Shown here one piece after another: positions 1 to 9,229 of a DNA stretch of 32,000 nt. Each line of letters begins with the position of its first letter. Positions within the stretch are counted from its first letter, which is position 1. Source of the DNA: Zymomonas mobilis subsp. mobilis ATCC 10988 (GTDB lineage Bacteria > Pseudomonadota > Alphaproteobacteria > Sphingomonadales > Sphingomonadaceae); contig NC_017262.1 of assembly GCF_000175255.2 (NCBI RefSeq), positions 570,001-602,000 on the forward strand, read 5' to 3'. A program made the position numbers and the translations under genes. The notes below the pieces were generated by a model. The model was not told the origin of the DNA. It ran no database searches and saw only the letters and a list, made by a program, of their open reading frames with translations.

Positions 1-711
1 AATGCCCTGTTACAATATGCCCAATTATCGGCACAGGGATTAACGCATAATGCGCCTTCTTCGCTGCCTTTTTCGATTGAACCCCGCTTTGTCTATAATC
101 AGGAATTTCTTAGCATTTATACGATGGTGCCAGATACCATCATGCTGGCCTTAATTCTGATCCCGACCATGCTGACGGCGCTTGGCGTCGTTCGGGAAAA
201 AGAAATTGGTTCAATTATCAATCTCTATGCCTCTCCGGCTTCAACCCGACAATATCTTATCGGGAAACAGCTTCCCTATGTTGCTATTGCGATGCTGGCC
301 TATCTCTCGCTGGTGGTGCTGTCAGTCACGATTTTAGGCGTTCCTTTGAAGGGGTCTTTTTTGGCACTTTCCCTAGGCGCATTGCTCTATAATCTTGCTG
401 CAACCGGCCTCGGCCTTTTGATCTCGACTTTTGTCAGCTCCCAAGTCGCGGCGATTTTCGGAACGGCCATTTTGTGCCTCATTCCGGCAGTCAATTTTTC
501 GGGGCTGCTATACCCTGTTTCAACATTAACGGGCATTTCCTATCATGTTGGACGTTGTTTTCCGGCATCATGGTTCCAGCTAATCAGTCTTGGCAGTTTT
601 ACCAAGGGTCTTGGTTTTACGGCCTTTTTGACGATGTATGGGGCTTTGACGGGATTTGCCCTTCTCTATCTCGCCCTTGCCTGTGTCCTCCTTCGGAAAC
701 AGGAGCTATAA
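1..711 (+). CDS. ABC-2 type transporter permease, 5' end truncated by the window edge (YhhJ/YbhS/RbbA-permease-like)
   Basis: Frame 1 is open from base 1 with no stop before the listed ATG at 124, so the gene starts upstream of the window. The translation is multi-pass hydrophobic (…FSIEPRFVYNQEFLSIYTMVPDTIMLALILIP…), typical of ABC-2 permeases. The TAA at 709-711 lies 3 nt before the next permease gene. Confidence 0.8.
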   Translation, partial: NALLQYAQLSAQGLTHNAPSSLPFSIEPRFVYNQEFLSIYTMVPDTIMLALILIPTMLTALGVVREKEIGSIINLYASPASTRQYLIGKQLPYVAIAMLAYLSLVVLSVTILGVPLKGSFLALSLGALLYNLAATGLGLLISTFVSSQVAAIFGTAILCLIPAVNFSGLLYPVSTLTGISYHVGRCFPASWFQLISLGSFTKGLGFTAFLTMYGALTGFALLYLALACVLLRKQEL

Positions 712-714
712 AAG

Positions 715-1842
715 ATGAGACGTTGGCTAATCAATGTCGCGCTTTTATGCGCCAAAGAATTCAGAAGCCTTCTTTGCGATAAGGTTCTGATTGCCCTGAT
801 CGTCTTTGCGTTTACAGGCGGCGTTCTGGCCGTTGCCGATGGCGTCAAAGTCGAGGTTTCAAACGCCACAGTGGCGTTTATTGACCATGACCATTCGACA
901 CTCTCAAACCGATTGCGGGATGCTATTTTGCAACCCTATTTCAAACCGCCGGTTTTGACCAATACGCAACAAGCCGAAGATGGAATGGATAAAGGCGACT
1001 ATATTTTCGCCATTGATATTCCGCCTAATTTCGAAAGAGATGTTCTCGCAGGACGAGAACCTTCTTTGCAAATCCGCGTTGATGCCACGGCAATGACACA
1101 GGCTGGATTAGGCACGGTCTATCTAACCGAAATTTTCTATCGCGAGATAAAAGCTGCTATTCCGCTGTCTTCGGCTACCTCGGCTTTACCCTTCCAAATC
1201 GACAGCCGGATTTACTTTAACCCCAATACCGAATCCTATCCTTTTATGTCGGTGATGCAGATCGTCACGAACATAACGATGCTTTCGATTATTCTCGTCG
1301 GGGCAGCCGTTATCCGTGAAAAAGAACATGGCACTATTGAACATCTGTTGGTTTTGCCTGTCAGCCCCAGCGAAATCGCTATGGCTAAAATTATCGCGAA
1401 TGGCTGGGCTATTTTTATAGCCTCGATGCTGTCGCTCTGGCTGGTGGTGCATCTCTGGCTCGGGGTTCAATTATCAGGGTCTATCCTGCTTTTTGCGGTT
1501 TGCACTCTGCTTTATCTATTCTCGGTAACGGCCTTGGGGATTATGCTAGCCACAGTTGCCCCAACCATGCCGCAATTCGGTTTGTTGGTCGTGCCGGTTT
1601 ACGCTGTTGCTTATCTTTTATCCGGTGCGGCGACGCCGGTCGAAAATATGCCGACCTCAATACAACATGCGGTCTATTTTCTGCCAACAACTCAATTCGT
1701 TAATATTGCACAGGCCATTCTTTATCGTGGGGCTGGTTTTGATGCCATTACCCAACCATTGGTCATCATTATCGCCGCCGGAATCCTGTTTCTTGCTTTC
1801 GCCCTTATCCGTTTCCGTTCTATGCTCACGAGCCAGTCCTGA
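715..1842 (+). CDS. ABC-2 type transporter permease (YhhJ-like), 375 aa
   Basis: The layout is an N-terminal TM helix, a large periplasmic loop and a C-terminal cluster of about 5 TM helices, as in ABC-2 permeases. AGGAG at 701-705 sits 9 nt upstream of the ATG. The gene is a paralogue of the preceding ORF. Confidence 0.85.
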   Translation: MRRWLINVALLCAKEFRSLLCDKVLIALIVFAFTGGVLAVADGVKVEVSNATVAFIDHDHSTLSNRLRDAILQPYFKPPVLTNTQQAEDGMDKGDYIFAIDIPPNFERDVLAGREPSLQIRVDATAMTQAGLGTVYLTEIFYREIKAAIPLSSATSALPFQIDSRIYFNPNTESYPFMSVMQIVTNITMLSIILVGAAVIREKEHGTIEHLLVLPVSPSEIAMAKIIANGWAIFIASMLSLWLVVHLWLGVQLSGSILLFAVCTLLYLFSVTALGIMLATVAPTMPQFGLLVVPVYAVAYLLSGAATPVENMPTSIQHAVYFLPTTQFVNIAQAILYRGAGFDAITQPLVIIIAAGILFLAFALIRFRSMLTSQS

Positions 1843-3257
1843 TGAAATTGACTTTTATCAAAAAAACATCCCTTTATTCGGGATTCATCGCCACCCTGAT
1901 ACTGGCTGCCTGTTCACCGTTTAAAACGCCAGTGCCACCTTCACAGGTAGCGGTGCCTTCACAATTCGCGCAAGCCGCTGCGGGACAGGCCAGCGATATA
2001 TCGAAATGGTGGCTTGCTTGGAACGATCCTGCACTCACCAAGGTCATCGAAGACACGCTCAAGGCTAATCTTGATCTCCGCATTGCCCGCGATCATATTC
2101 AAGAGGCAAAATCTAACTTCAAAATGACCAAATCGTCATTGTCTCCGACGATTGGCGTTACCGGTAATATCGCAGGTGGTGGCACGGATTCCCGTAATCG
2201 CTATCTCAACAGTTTCAGTAATGATTCCAGCGATCCGACCTCAGTAGGCCATATCGCAGGTGTCACCGCCTCTTGGGATGCGGATCTCTTCGGTGCAAGA
2301 CATGCCGATGCCAAAGCCGCCAAAGCCGAAGTCTTAGGACAGGAAGCCCAACTTCACCAGATACAAATGGCAATCGCGGCTGAAGTCGCCAGCTATTACA
2401 CGGGCATCCAATGTCTACGGAAAAGACTGGCACTTATCGACCAACGCCTCATCCTGTTGGAGAATTTGAAAAGCTATACACAAGCAAGATTCAATGCCGG
2501 ACAAGCGACTTTGTCGGATATCAAAGGCTTGGATGTGCAGATCAATATCTTACACAGCTACCGCCCCGATCTTGAATCTGCCATTGCAGCCTCATTGCGC
2601 CATATTGCTATTTTGGGTGGGAAAACGCCTGAAAATGTAGAAATAGCGATATCACCGGAATCCGTAACCCCTCCTGCTCCAGCTGGGGAATTACCCAGTA
2701 CGGTTTTAAATCGGCGACCGGATATTGCCGCTGCCGAAGCCAATATCAATGCCGCTTTAAATCGCCTAAAAAGCGCCAAGGCTGATTTACTGCCTCGCTT
2801 TGGCCTCCAATTTTTTGGCGGCGATGGAAGAATTCGTTTTTCTGGTCTTTCCGGCTTTTCAAATTCAGGGGGCATTATGGCATTAACGGCCTATCTCCCG
2901 ATTTTTACTGCTGGACGGGTGCACGCCCATATCGCTTTGGAAGATGCCAAACTTGATGAAGCGGTTGCCTTCTATGACAAAAAACTTTTGTCTGCCCTCA
3001 CCGAAGTGGAAAATGCCTATCAGGCGCGTAGCAGTCAGGATAAGCGCATCATGCAGCTGTCACAGGCCTTGGCTACGACAGAACAAAATATCACAGTCGA
3101 ACAAGGCCTTTATCAAGGCGGCAAGCATACGCTTCAAAATGTCTTGGAAACCAAACTGGATAAAGTGGACAAGGATGACAGCCTCATTCAAACCATCCAG
3201 CAACAACAAATGGCTACCATCAATCTATATTATGCCCTTGGTGGTGGATGGAGCTAA
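1842..3257 (+). CDS. Efflux outer-membrane factor lipoprotein, NodT family, 471 aa
   Basis: The signal peptide carries a lipobox (LILAAC). Two OEP/TolC-type repeat halves are present, with a C-terminal LYYALGGGW motif typical of NodT/OprM-family OMFs. The ATG overlaps the upstream TGA (TGATG at 1840-1844). Confidence 0.9.
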   Translation: MKLTFIKKTSLYSGFIATLILAACSPFKTPVPPSQVAVPSQFAQAAAGQASDISKWWLAWNDPALTKVIEDTLKANLDLRIARDHIQEAKSNFKMTKSSLSPTIGVTGNIAGGGTDSRNRYLNSFSNDSSDPTSVGHIAGVTASWDADLFGARHADAKAAKAEVLGQEAQLHQIQMAIAAEVASYYTGIQCLRKRLALIDQRLILLENLKSYTQARFNAGQATLSDIKGLDVQINILHSYRPDLESAIAASLRHIAILGGKTPENVEIAISPESVTPPAPAGELPSTVLNRRPDIAAAEANINAALNRLKSAKADLLPRFGLQFFGGDGRIRFSGLSGFSNSGGIMALTAYLPIFTAGRVHAHIALEDAKLDEAVAFYDKKLLSALTEVENAYQARSSQDKRIMQLSQALATTEQNITVEQGLYQGGKHTLQNVLETKLDKVDKDDSLIQTIQQQQMATINLYYALGGGWS

Positions 3258-3484
3258 AATTCTTTCTTAAAATCGGAATTACTCTGCCTTTAAATGACGG
3301 AGTAATTCTGATTTTATGCCCATCCCGTTCCATTCAAATTTCTTTTTATTGAGACGACATTCCACAAATTTTTAAATTACCTCTGAAAAGGACAATGCCT
3401 GTAATAATCCTAGAGAGGAGTCTTCCCTTTCGTAAGGGAACACAGCTTACCAGCTATAACAATATTGTAGGATAGGAGCCTTTT

Positions 3485-4270
3485 ATGGATTTACAGCTCA
3501 CGGGCAAAACCGCGCTTGTCACCGGATCGACCTCCGGTATCGGCCTTGCGATTGCGCAAAGATTTGCCGAAGAAGGGGCTAATGTCATTATCTGCGGCCG
3601 CAGTCAGGGTAAACTAGATGCCGCTCTCAAAACATTTCCAGCGCCAGAAAAAGTCAAAGCTGTTTTAGCGGATGCGGGCAGCCAAGCGGGTATCGAAGCT
3701 CTGACAAAAGAGGTTCCTGCGGTTGATATTCTAATCAATAACCTTGGAATATTTGAACCAAAGGCCTTCTCTGACATTACCGATGATGAATGGCACCATA
3801 TTTTCGAAGTCAATGTCATGAGCGGTGTCCGGCTTTCTCGTTACTATTTTCCGCAAATGATCGAGAAAAACTGGGGACGCATTATCTTCGTCTCAAGCGA
3901 ATGTGGCGTGGTTACCCCAGGCGATACTATCCATTATGCCATGACGAAAACGGCACAATTAGCGATATCGCGCGGCCTCGCTGAAGAGACTAAAGGCACG
4001 GCTGTCACCGTCAATACAATTCTACCGGGGCCCACAAAATCCGAAGGCAGTACGGCTTTCATCAGAGCGGCTGTCGCCAATGACAGTCTTTCAGAAGAAG
4101 AAATGGAAGCCGAATTTTTTAAAAAAATGCGCCCCCTTTCTTTGCTGCAACGCCGCTGCGATCCGGCGGAAATTGCAGCCCAAGTCGCTTTACTTTGCAG
4201 CCCCTTCGGAGCCATCACGAACGGAGCAGCCATCCGGCTTGAAGGCGGAATTATCCCAACAATTCTATAA
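3485..4270 (+). CDS. Short-chain dehydrogenase/reductase (SDR) family oxidoreductase, 261 aa
   Basis: It has the N-terminal Rossmann motif TGSTSGIGLAIA, an NNLG segment and the catalytic YAMTK (YxxxK) motif. AGGAG lies just upstream of the ATG. Confidence 0.9.
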   Translation: MDLQLTGKTALVTGSTSGIGLAIAQRFAEEGANVIICGRSQGKLDAALKTFPAPEKVKAVLADAGSQAGIEALTKEVPAVDILINNLGIFEPKAFSDITDDEWHHIFEVNVMSGVRLSRYYFPQMIEKNWGRIIFVSSECGVVTPGDTIHYAMTKTAQLAISRGLAEETKGTAVTVNTILPGPTKSEGSTAFIRAAVANDSLSEEEMEAEFFKKMRPLSLLQRRCDPAEIAAQVALLCSPFGAITNGAAIRLEGGIIPTIL

Positions 4271-4475
4271 AGAAATACCGGTATTGCTCCCGCATTGGGT
4301 GGGGGCAATATTTCGCTTCAAACAGCCTGCATCAGATAACCCAAAATTCTTCTAAACCTATCAAAAAACACTTATATCAAAGGCATTCAGAGGCCGTCTT
4401 TTTAACTTTTAACGCTATTTAACAGCAGACAAGTTTTATTACCAAAAAAACTATTTTGATTACGGCATATAAATG

Positions 4476-4491
4476 TTATGTTATAACATAA
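4476..4491. promoter_or_regulatory. Perfect 16-bp palindrome TTATGTTATAACATAA (candidate operator)
   Basis: The sequence is self-complementary by direct reading. It lies in the AT-rich non-coding region about 290 bp upstream of TonB-dependent receptor 1. Confidence 0.3.
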
Positions 4492-4705
4492 ATAATAATT
4501 TACCCCTCCTATTGATTGAGGCCTTATGATAATTCCTTTGTTATTTTTGGTCACAGACCTCGATACGGAACCGCCCCCTCCTCCGGCTTTGCCCATACCG
4601 GTGGTCACCACAACCAATCTGCCGCCGCAAAAAAGCTGTAAAGTAAAACGCATTCCCAGCCGCCCTACTCGTATTGCTGTATGTCATTAACTAATTTTCG
4701 TTATT

Positions 4706-4724
4706 GAAAATCAATATCAATAAC
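4706..4724. promoter_or_regulatory. Fur-box-like site, embedded in TTATTGA-N9-TCAATAA (4701-4723)
   Basis: GAAAATCAATATCAATAAC matches the 19-bp Fur consensus GATAATGATAATCATTATC at 13 of 19 positions by my hand alignment. A 7-bp inverted repeat flanks it. It lies about 60 bp upstream of a TonB-dependent receptor start. Confidence 0.25.
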
Positions 4725-4750
4725 TGTAGACTTCACGCCCATATGAAGAT

Positions 4751-4767
4751 ATGATATATTATATCAT
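4751..4767. promoter_or_regulatory. Perfect 17-bp palindrome ATGATATA-T-TATATCAT next to the receptor RBS and start
   Basis: The sequence is self-complementary (8-1-8) by direct reading and ends 15 nt before the GTG start at 4783. It could be a DNA operator or an RNA hairpin next to the GAGG Shine-Dalgarno. Confidence 0.3.
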
Positions 4768-4782
4768 CTAGAGGCGCAGAAA

Positions 4783-7020
4783 GTGAAATCAGAAAAAAAG
4801 GTCAAAAGGCGTTTTCTGAAAAAGACAACGCTTGTAACAATGCTTTTAAGCAGTATCTGCTGCGTTCAAACTCTGTCATCAGCCGCCAGAGCTGAAGATA
4901 TTCCGGTCGAAGAAAACGCATCAAATGATGAAACCGCCGAAAAAAATACTTCTCCCACGCCCAGAAGCCATTCCAAAGAAAAAATATCGCAAAGCGTCAC
5001 ATCAAAAGATATTGAAGTAGTCGCCTCACGAAAAGACCTCCTCGGAAAGACCAGCACAGCCAGTGAAGGCTCAATCACAGCCAAAGAAATCCAACTACGA
5101 CCCGCCTATCGCGTTGGACAGATATTGGAAGCGGTTCCGGGTTTGGTTGTCACGACCCATTCTGGTGAAGGTAAGGCCAATCAATTCCTCTTACGTGGCT
5201 TTAACCTCGATCACGGAACTGACCTTGCAACTTTTGTTGATGATGTGCCGGTTAACGGAGCCACTAATGCTCATGGTCAAGGCTATACTGATATCAACTT
5301 TCTTATTCCCGAAACACTTGGCGGGGTAGATTACACAAAAGGGCCTTTTCACGCGAATATTGGCGACTTTGGTGTTGCTGGCTCCGATCATATGAAGCTG
5401 GCTGATGATATTCCCCGCCAAGTTTCCTTCAGCGGTGGTACCTTGGGCGACTATCGCTTCTATATTGGCGGAACAACGCATTTCAAAAATGGCGACCGTT
5501 GGGTTAATGCGCTAAGCCTTCAACATGCTGATGGGCCATGGAAATATCCCGACAATGCACGGTCTATTCGGGCAATGTCGCATTATACCCATGGCGACAA
5601 CTCGGACGGTTTTGATGTAACGGCGATGTATTATCGTGGCAAATGGCGCGCCACCAATGACCAACCGATAGAAGCCATCGAAACGGGCATGATCAGTCGT
5701 TATGGCTCACTCGATCCTACCGATGGCGGCTTTGCCGAACGCTATGGCATTTCCGGCCATTATCGTAAATCAGGTTCCAACTGGAAATTTGTTACCAGTG
5801 CCTTTGCTACCCATAGCCGAATGACATTATGGAATGACTTCACACATTATCTGGACGATCCCGTTAACGGTGACCAACACTCCCAACACGAAGCCAGAAC
5901 GACATTCGGTGGCAGTGCTGTTTATAGCCGCAACGACTATATCGGCGACTTTAAAACGGATACGCAGGTTGGTCTTCAAGGTCGCTATGATATTCTATAC
6001 GTCAATCGCCGCCATACCTACCACCGCCAAGCGCTTGAAGAATGCCCAGGCAGTTTAAACCCCAGTGGCCGATATCTCTGTAATGGCGATAATATCAATC
6101 TGGGCGCAGTCGGCTTTTATGTCGAGAATACAACCCATTGGTTACCATGGCTCCGCACAGTTGTCGGCTTCCGCGAAGATTATCAAGGTGGCACCGATGA
6201 TAATCTTGTGGATGGCAGCACTACAAAAAAACATCAATGGCTTTTCCAGCCCAAAGGCAGCTTGATTTTCGGGCCTTGGAAAAATACGGAACTCTATTTT
6301 AGCGGTGGTAAAGGCTATCACTCGAATGACTTCCGTTCGGTTTCAGGCTCTTATTCGGCGGACCAATTTGCACAAAATTCTGTCAAAGTGCCTTTGATGA
6401 CCGCCGCCGTCAGCGGTGAAATCGGCATTCGAACGACCCCCATCAAAAATTTACATATGCAAGCCGCCGTTTTCCTGATCGATTTCGATTCCGAGCTTAG
6501 CTATGACGGCGATGCGGGCGTCAACACCCCGGGGCCTGCCAGTCGGCGTAAAGGGGTGGAATTTTCGGCACAATATAACCCGCTGTCATGGCTAGAATTT
6601 AATACAGATTTGTCTTTTGCCCATGCGCGTTACCGAACAAAAGACCCTTCGCAATATGGAATTGACGGCCTTTACGTGACGAATGCCCCTAAATTTGTTT
6701 GGGCTTTTGGTGTTTTGGCAGATTCTCACAAGGCTTGGTATGGCAGTTTGCAAGTCCGCTGGCTGGGCAGTTATCCTCTCAACGAAGATAATTCTTTACG
6801 CTCCAAAGGCTATAGAGAAGTCAATCTTAGCGTCGGTTACAGAGTCTCTAAAAGGCTGCGTTTTGAAGCCAGTATCTTTAATTTATTCAACAACCATGGC
6901 TATGCTGCACAATATGCCTATGATTATCGTTTAACACCGACTTCGGCCGTCAGTACAGGAGCAACCGGCCATTCTATCGAGCCAAGATCAGCTAGATTTT
7001 CTGTCATCGGTAATTTTTAG
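4783..7020 (+). CDS. TonB-dependent outer-membrane receptor, 745 aa (substrate unknown)
   Basis: The gene has a GTG start and encodes a signal peptide. A TonB-box-like IEVVAS is followed by a plug-domain motif (AVPGLVVTTHSGEGKANQFLLRGFNLDHGTD), a long beta-barrel region and the C-terminal aromatic residue (…VIGNF). Confidence 0.9.
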   Translation: MKSEKKVKRRFLKKTTLVTMLLSSICCVQTLSSAARAEDIPVEENASNDETAEKNTSPTPRSHSKEKISQSVTSKDIEVVASRKDLLGKTSTASEGSITAKEIQLRPAYRVGQILEAVPGLVVTTHSGEGKANQFLLRGFNLDHGTDLATFVDDVPVNGATNAHGQGYTDINFLIPETLGGVDYTKGPFHANIGDFGVAGSDHMKLADDIPRQVSFSGGTLGDYRFYIGGTTHFKNGDRWVNALSLQHADGPWKYPDNARSIRAMSHYTHGDNSDGFDVTAMYYRGKWRATNDQPIEAIETGMISRYGSLDPTDGGFAERYGISGHYRKSGSNWKFVTSAFATHSRMTLWNDFTHYLDDPVNGDQHSQHEARTTFGGSAVYSRNDYIGDFKTDTQVGLQGRYDILYVNRRHTYHRQALEECPGSLNPSGRYLCNGDNINLGAVGFYVENTTHWLPWLRTVVGFREDYQGGTDDNLVDGSTTKKHQWLFQPKGSLIFGPWKNTELYFSGGKGYHSNDFRSVSGSYSADQFAQNSVKVPLMTAAVSGEIGIRTTPIKNLHMQAAVFLIDFDSELSYDGDAGVNTPGPASRRKGVEFSAQYNPLSWLEFNTDLSFAHARYRTKDPSQYGIDGLYVTNAPKFVWAFGVLADSHKAWYGSLQVRWLGSYPLNEDNSLRSKGYREVNLSVGYRVSKRLRFEASIFNLFNNHGYAAQYAYDYRLTPTSAVSTGATGHSIEPRSARFSVIGNF

Positions 7021-7078
7021 ACAACGCAAAAATAATGACTATAGTCTTTAAACGACTTAACTGGGGGGAACCAACTTT

Positions 7079-9181
7079 ATGCGCTCTATGTTACCCGCTT
7101 TATTGATGACCTCGATGGCATCCATTCCGGCAATGGCCGCAGTGGCTCATAACGACCCTTATATCTGGCTCGAAGAATTTTCTTCACCCAAAGCGATGGC
7201 ATGGGTCAAAAGCCATAATGACAAAAGCACTAGCCTTTTGGAATCAGACAGCCGCTATAAAACGCTTTATCAAGAAGCCCTCGCCATCGGATCGGCCAAG
7301 GATCGCATCCCGATGCCGAGCTTTTTGCAGGGTGAAATCTATAATTTCTGGAAAGATAGCGATCATCTTCGCGGGATATGGCGCAAAACCAGCTTGGAAG
7401 ATTACCGTAACGCGACGCCTCATTGGCAAACGGTGCTTGATATAGATGCTTTGGGTAAAGCAGAAGGCAAAAGCTGGGTGCTCCATGGCATTGACTGTTT
7501 CCAGCCGGATCAACGGCTTTGCTTAATATCTTTATCGGATGGTGGCGAAGATGCCGCCGAAATTCGCGAATTTGATCTGACAACAAAGCAATTTGTCAAA
7601 GATGGCTTTCACCTGCCGCGCGGGAAACATCGCGTTACATGGGAAGATAAAGATCACCTGCTGATTGCAACCAATTGGACAAAGGACGACCTCACGGAAT
7701 CCGGCTATCCTTTTATCGTCAAGCGGCTGGCACGCGGCCAATCTCTTGATCAAGCGCAAGAAATTTATCGCGGCAATAAAAGTGACGGCGGCTATGGCAT
7801 AACGCCCACGACTCTTCGCGACGGTCAAAATAACGCATTAACGGTCATCGAACGGCCGCTAGACACCTTTCATCATCAAAGTTTTGTGCTGACAAAAACG
7901 GGGATAAAACAGCTTCCCATCCCTGATAAAGCCAGCCTTGTCGAACTGGTCGCAGGACGCGTTATTTTATCTCTTGATGAATCATGGCAAAATGGCAGCA
8001 CGCTATTTTCAGCTGGTTCGATTGTCTCAATAGACCTTGATGCGCTTTTGCAGTCACCCGACCAGCTAAAGGCAACGCTTGTCTGGCAGCCGACAGCAAA
8101 GGAAGCCTTTAACGGCCTGACTTCGACTAAAAACCGGCTGTTACTTTCTATTTTGGATAACGTCCAAGGTCGGGCTATCGCTTTCACGCCCACCGCCCAT
8201 AACCAATGGACGGCGGAAACGCTGCCCTTGCCAGATAAATTGGCGATAGAATTGGGGTCAAGCGACAGCCAAAGCGATCGCGCCTTTATCGAGGTTAGCG
8301 GATTTGTCACGCCATCCACGCTTTATCTAGCCGATACCGCACAAGACAAAATCGAAAGCGTTAAAGCCCTTCCCCCTCAATTCGATGCGTCAGAGGATGT
8401 CGTCGAACAGCTTGAAGCCACCTCCACAGACGGCACGAAAATTCCTTATTTTGTCGTCCATCGGAAAAACATCAAATATGATGGCACCACGCCGACCTTA
8501 ATGACGGCCTATGGCGGTTTTCAGGTCAGTAATACACCTTATTATTCAGCTTCGATTGGCAAGCTCTGGCTCGAAAAAGGCGGAGCCTTTGTTCTCGCTA
8601 ATATTCGGGGCGGCGGTGAATTCGGGCCCGCATGGCATGAAGCTGGATTAGGCACAAAGAGGCAGATCATTTATGATGACTTTGCTTCCGTTGCCAAGGA
8701 TCTGATGGCGCGTAAAATAACATCACCGCGTCATCTAGGTATTCAAGGCGGCTCCAATGGTGGTCTTTTGATGGGGGTCGAAATGACCCAGCATCCCGAA
8801 CTTTGGAATGCGGTGGTTATTCAGGTGCCTTTGCTGGACATGTTAAGAATATCCAAAATTGCAGCCGGTGCCTCATGGCAAGGTGAATATGGCGACGTCA
8901 ACCAAGACCCTAAAGTAAGAGCCTTCTGGGAAGGTCTCTCACCCTATCATAACCTCAAGCAAGGCGTAAAATATCCCGAACCCTTCATTTTTACGACCAC
9001 CAAAGATGATCGCGTTGGGCCCCAACATGCTCGTAAATTTGCAGCCCGCATGGAAGAAATGAAGCTGCCTTTTTATTATTATGAAAATACCGAAGGCGGC
9101 CATGGCTCTGGCGCAGATTTAAAACAGACCGCCAGAACACAGGCCTTAACCATGACGTATCTTTATCGCAAATTGCTGTAA
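7079..9181 (+). CDS. Secreted prolyl oligopeptidase family (S9) serine peptidase, 700 aa
   Basis: A signal peptide ends …AMAAVA. The N-terminal DPYIWLEE motif resembles prolyl endopeptidases and is followed by a beta-propeller-length middle region. The C-terminal alpha/beta hydrolase has the nucleophile motif GGSNGG, then DDRV and GGHGSG (Ser-Asp-His triad). Confidence 0.9.
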   Translation: MRSMLPALLMTSMASIPAMAAVAHNDPYIWLEEFSSPKAMAWVKSHNDKSTSLLESDSRYKTLYQEALAIGSAKDRIPMPSFLQGEIYNFWKDSDHLRGIWRKTSLEDYRNATPHWQTVLDIDALGKAEGKSWVLHGIDCFQPDQRLCLISLSDGGEDAAEIREFDLTTKQFVKDGFHLPRGKHRVTWEDKDHLLIATNWTKDDLTESGYPFIVKRLARGQSLDQAQEIYRGNKSDGGYGITPTTLRDGQNNALTVIERPLDTFHHQSFVLTKTGIKQLPIPDKASLVELVAGRVILSLDESWQNGSTLFSAGSIVSIDLDALLQSPDQLKATLVWQPTAKEAFNGLTSTKNRLLLSILDNVQGRAIAFTPTAHNQWTAETLPLPDKLAIELGSSDSQSDRAFIEVSGFVTPSTLYLADTAQDKIESVKALPPQFDASEDVVEQLEATSTDGTKIPYFVVHRKNIKYDGTTPTLMTAYGGFQVSNTPYYSASIGKLWLEKGGAFVLANIRGGGEFGPAWHEAGLGTKRQIIYDDFASVAKDLMARKITSPRHLGIQGGSNGGLLMGVEMTQHPELWNAVVIQVPLLDMLRISKIAAGASWQGEYGDVNQDPKVRAFWEGLSPYHNLKQGVKYPEPFIFTTTKDDRVGPQHARKFAARMEEMKLPFYYYENTEGGHGSGADLKQTARTQALTMTYLYRKLL

Positions 9182-9195
9182 TCCGCTGTCCTTAA

Positions 9196-9229
9196 CTGCC
9201 GGATAATCTATTTATCCGGCAGACTTTTT
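9196..9229 (+). terminator. Rho-independent terminator after the peptidase gene
   Basis: An 11-bp perfect stem CTGCCGGATAA / TTATCCGGCAG with the 5-nt loop TCTAT (9196-9222) is followed by a TTTTT run (9225-9229). Confidence 0.75.

Noticed and set aside
3270-3330. Inverted repeat GAATTACTC-N15-GAGTAATTC after the first OMF gene, as a possible terminator
   Set aside because: The stem is AT-rich and 9 bp with a 15-nt loop and only a weak T-run, so I cannot tell a terminator from chance. I left it out of the feature list.
4402-4653. 83-aa minus-strand ORF in the SDR/receptor spacer
   Set aside because: It has no Shine-Dalgarno and a Gly/low-complexity composition (GKAGGGGGSVS). It is the mirror image of the Pro-rich plus-strand frame and runs through AT-rich palindromic DNA, so it is probably spurious.
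4550-4690. Possible cobalamin or TPP riboswitch upstream of TonB-dependent receptor 1
   Set aside because: The stretch GGTGGTCACC…AATCTGCCGCCGC…GCTGTAA only vaguely recalls the cobalamin core. I could not find the GGGAA element, a B12 box in the correct order, or the TPP CUGAGA and ACCUGAUCUGGAUAAUGCCAGCG elements. Only an Infernal scan could revive this idea.
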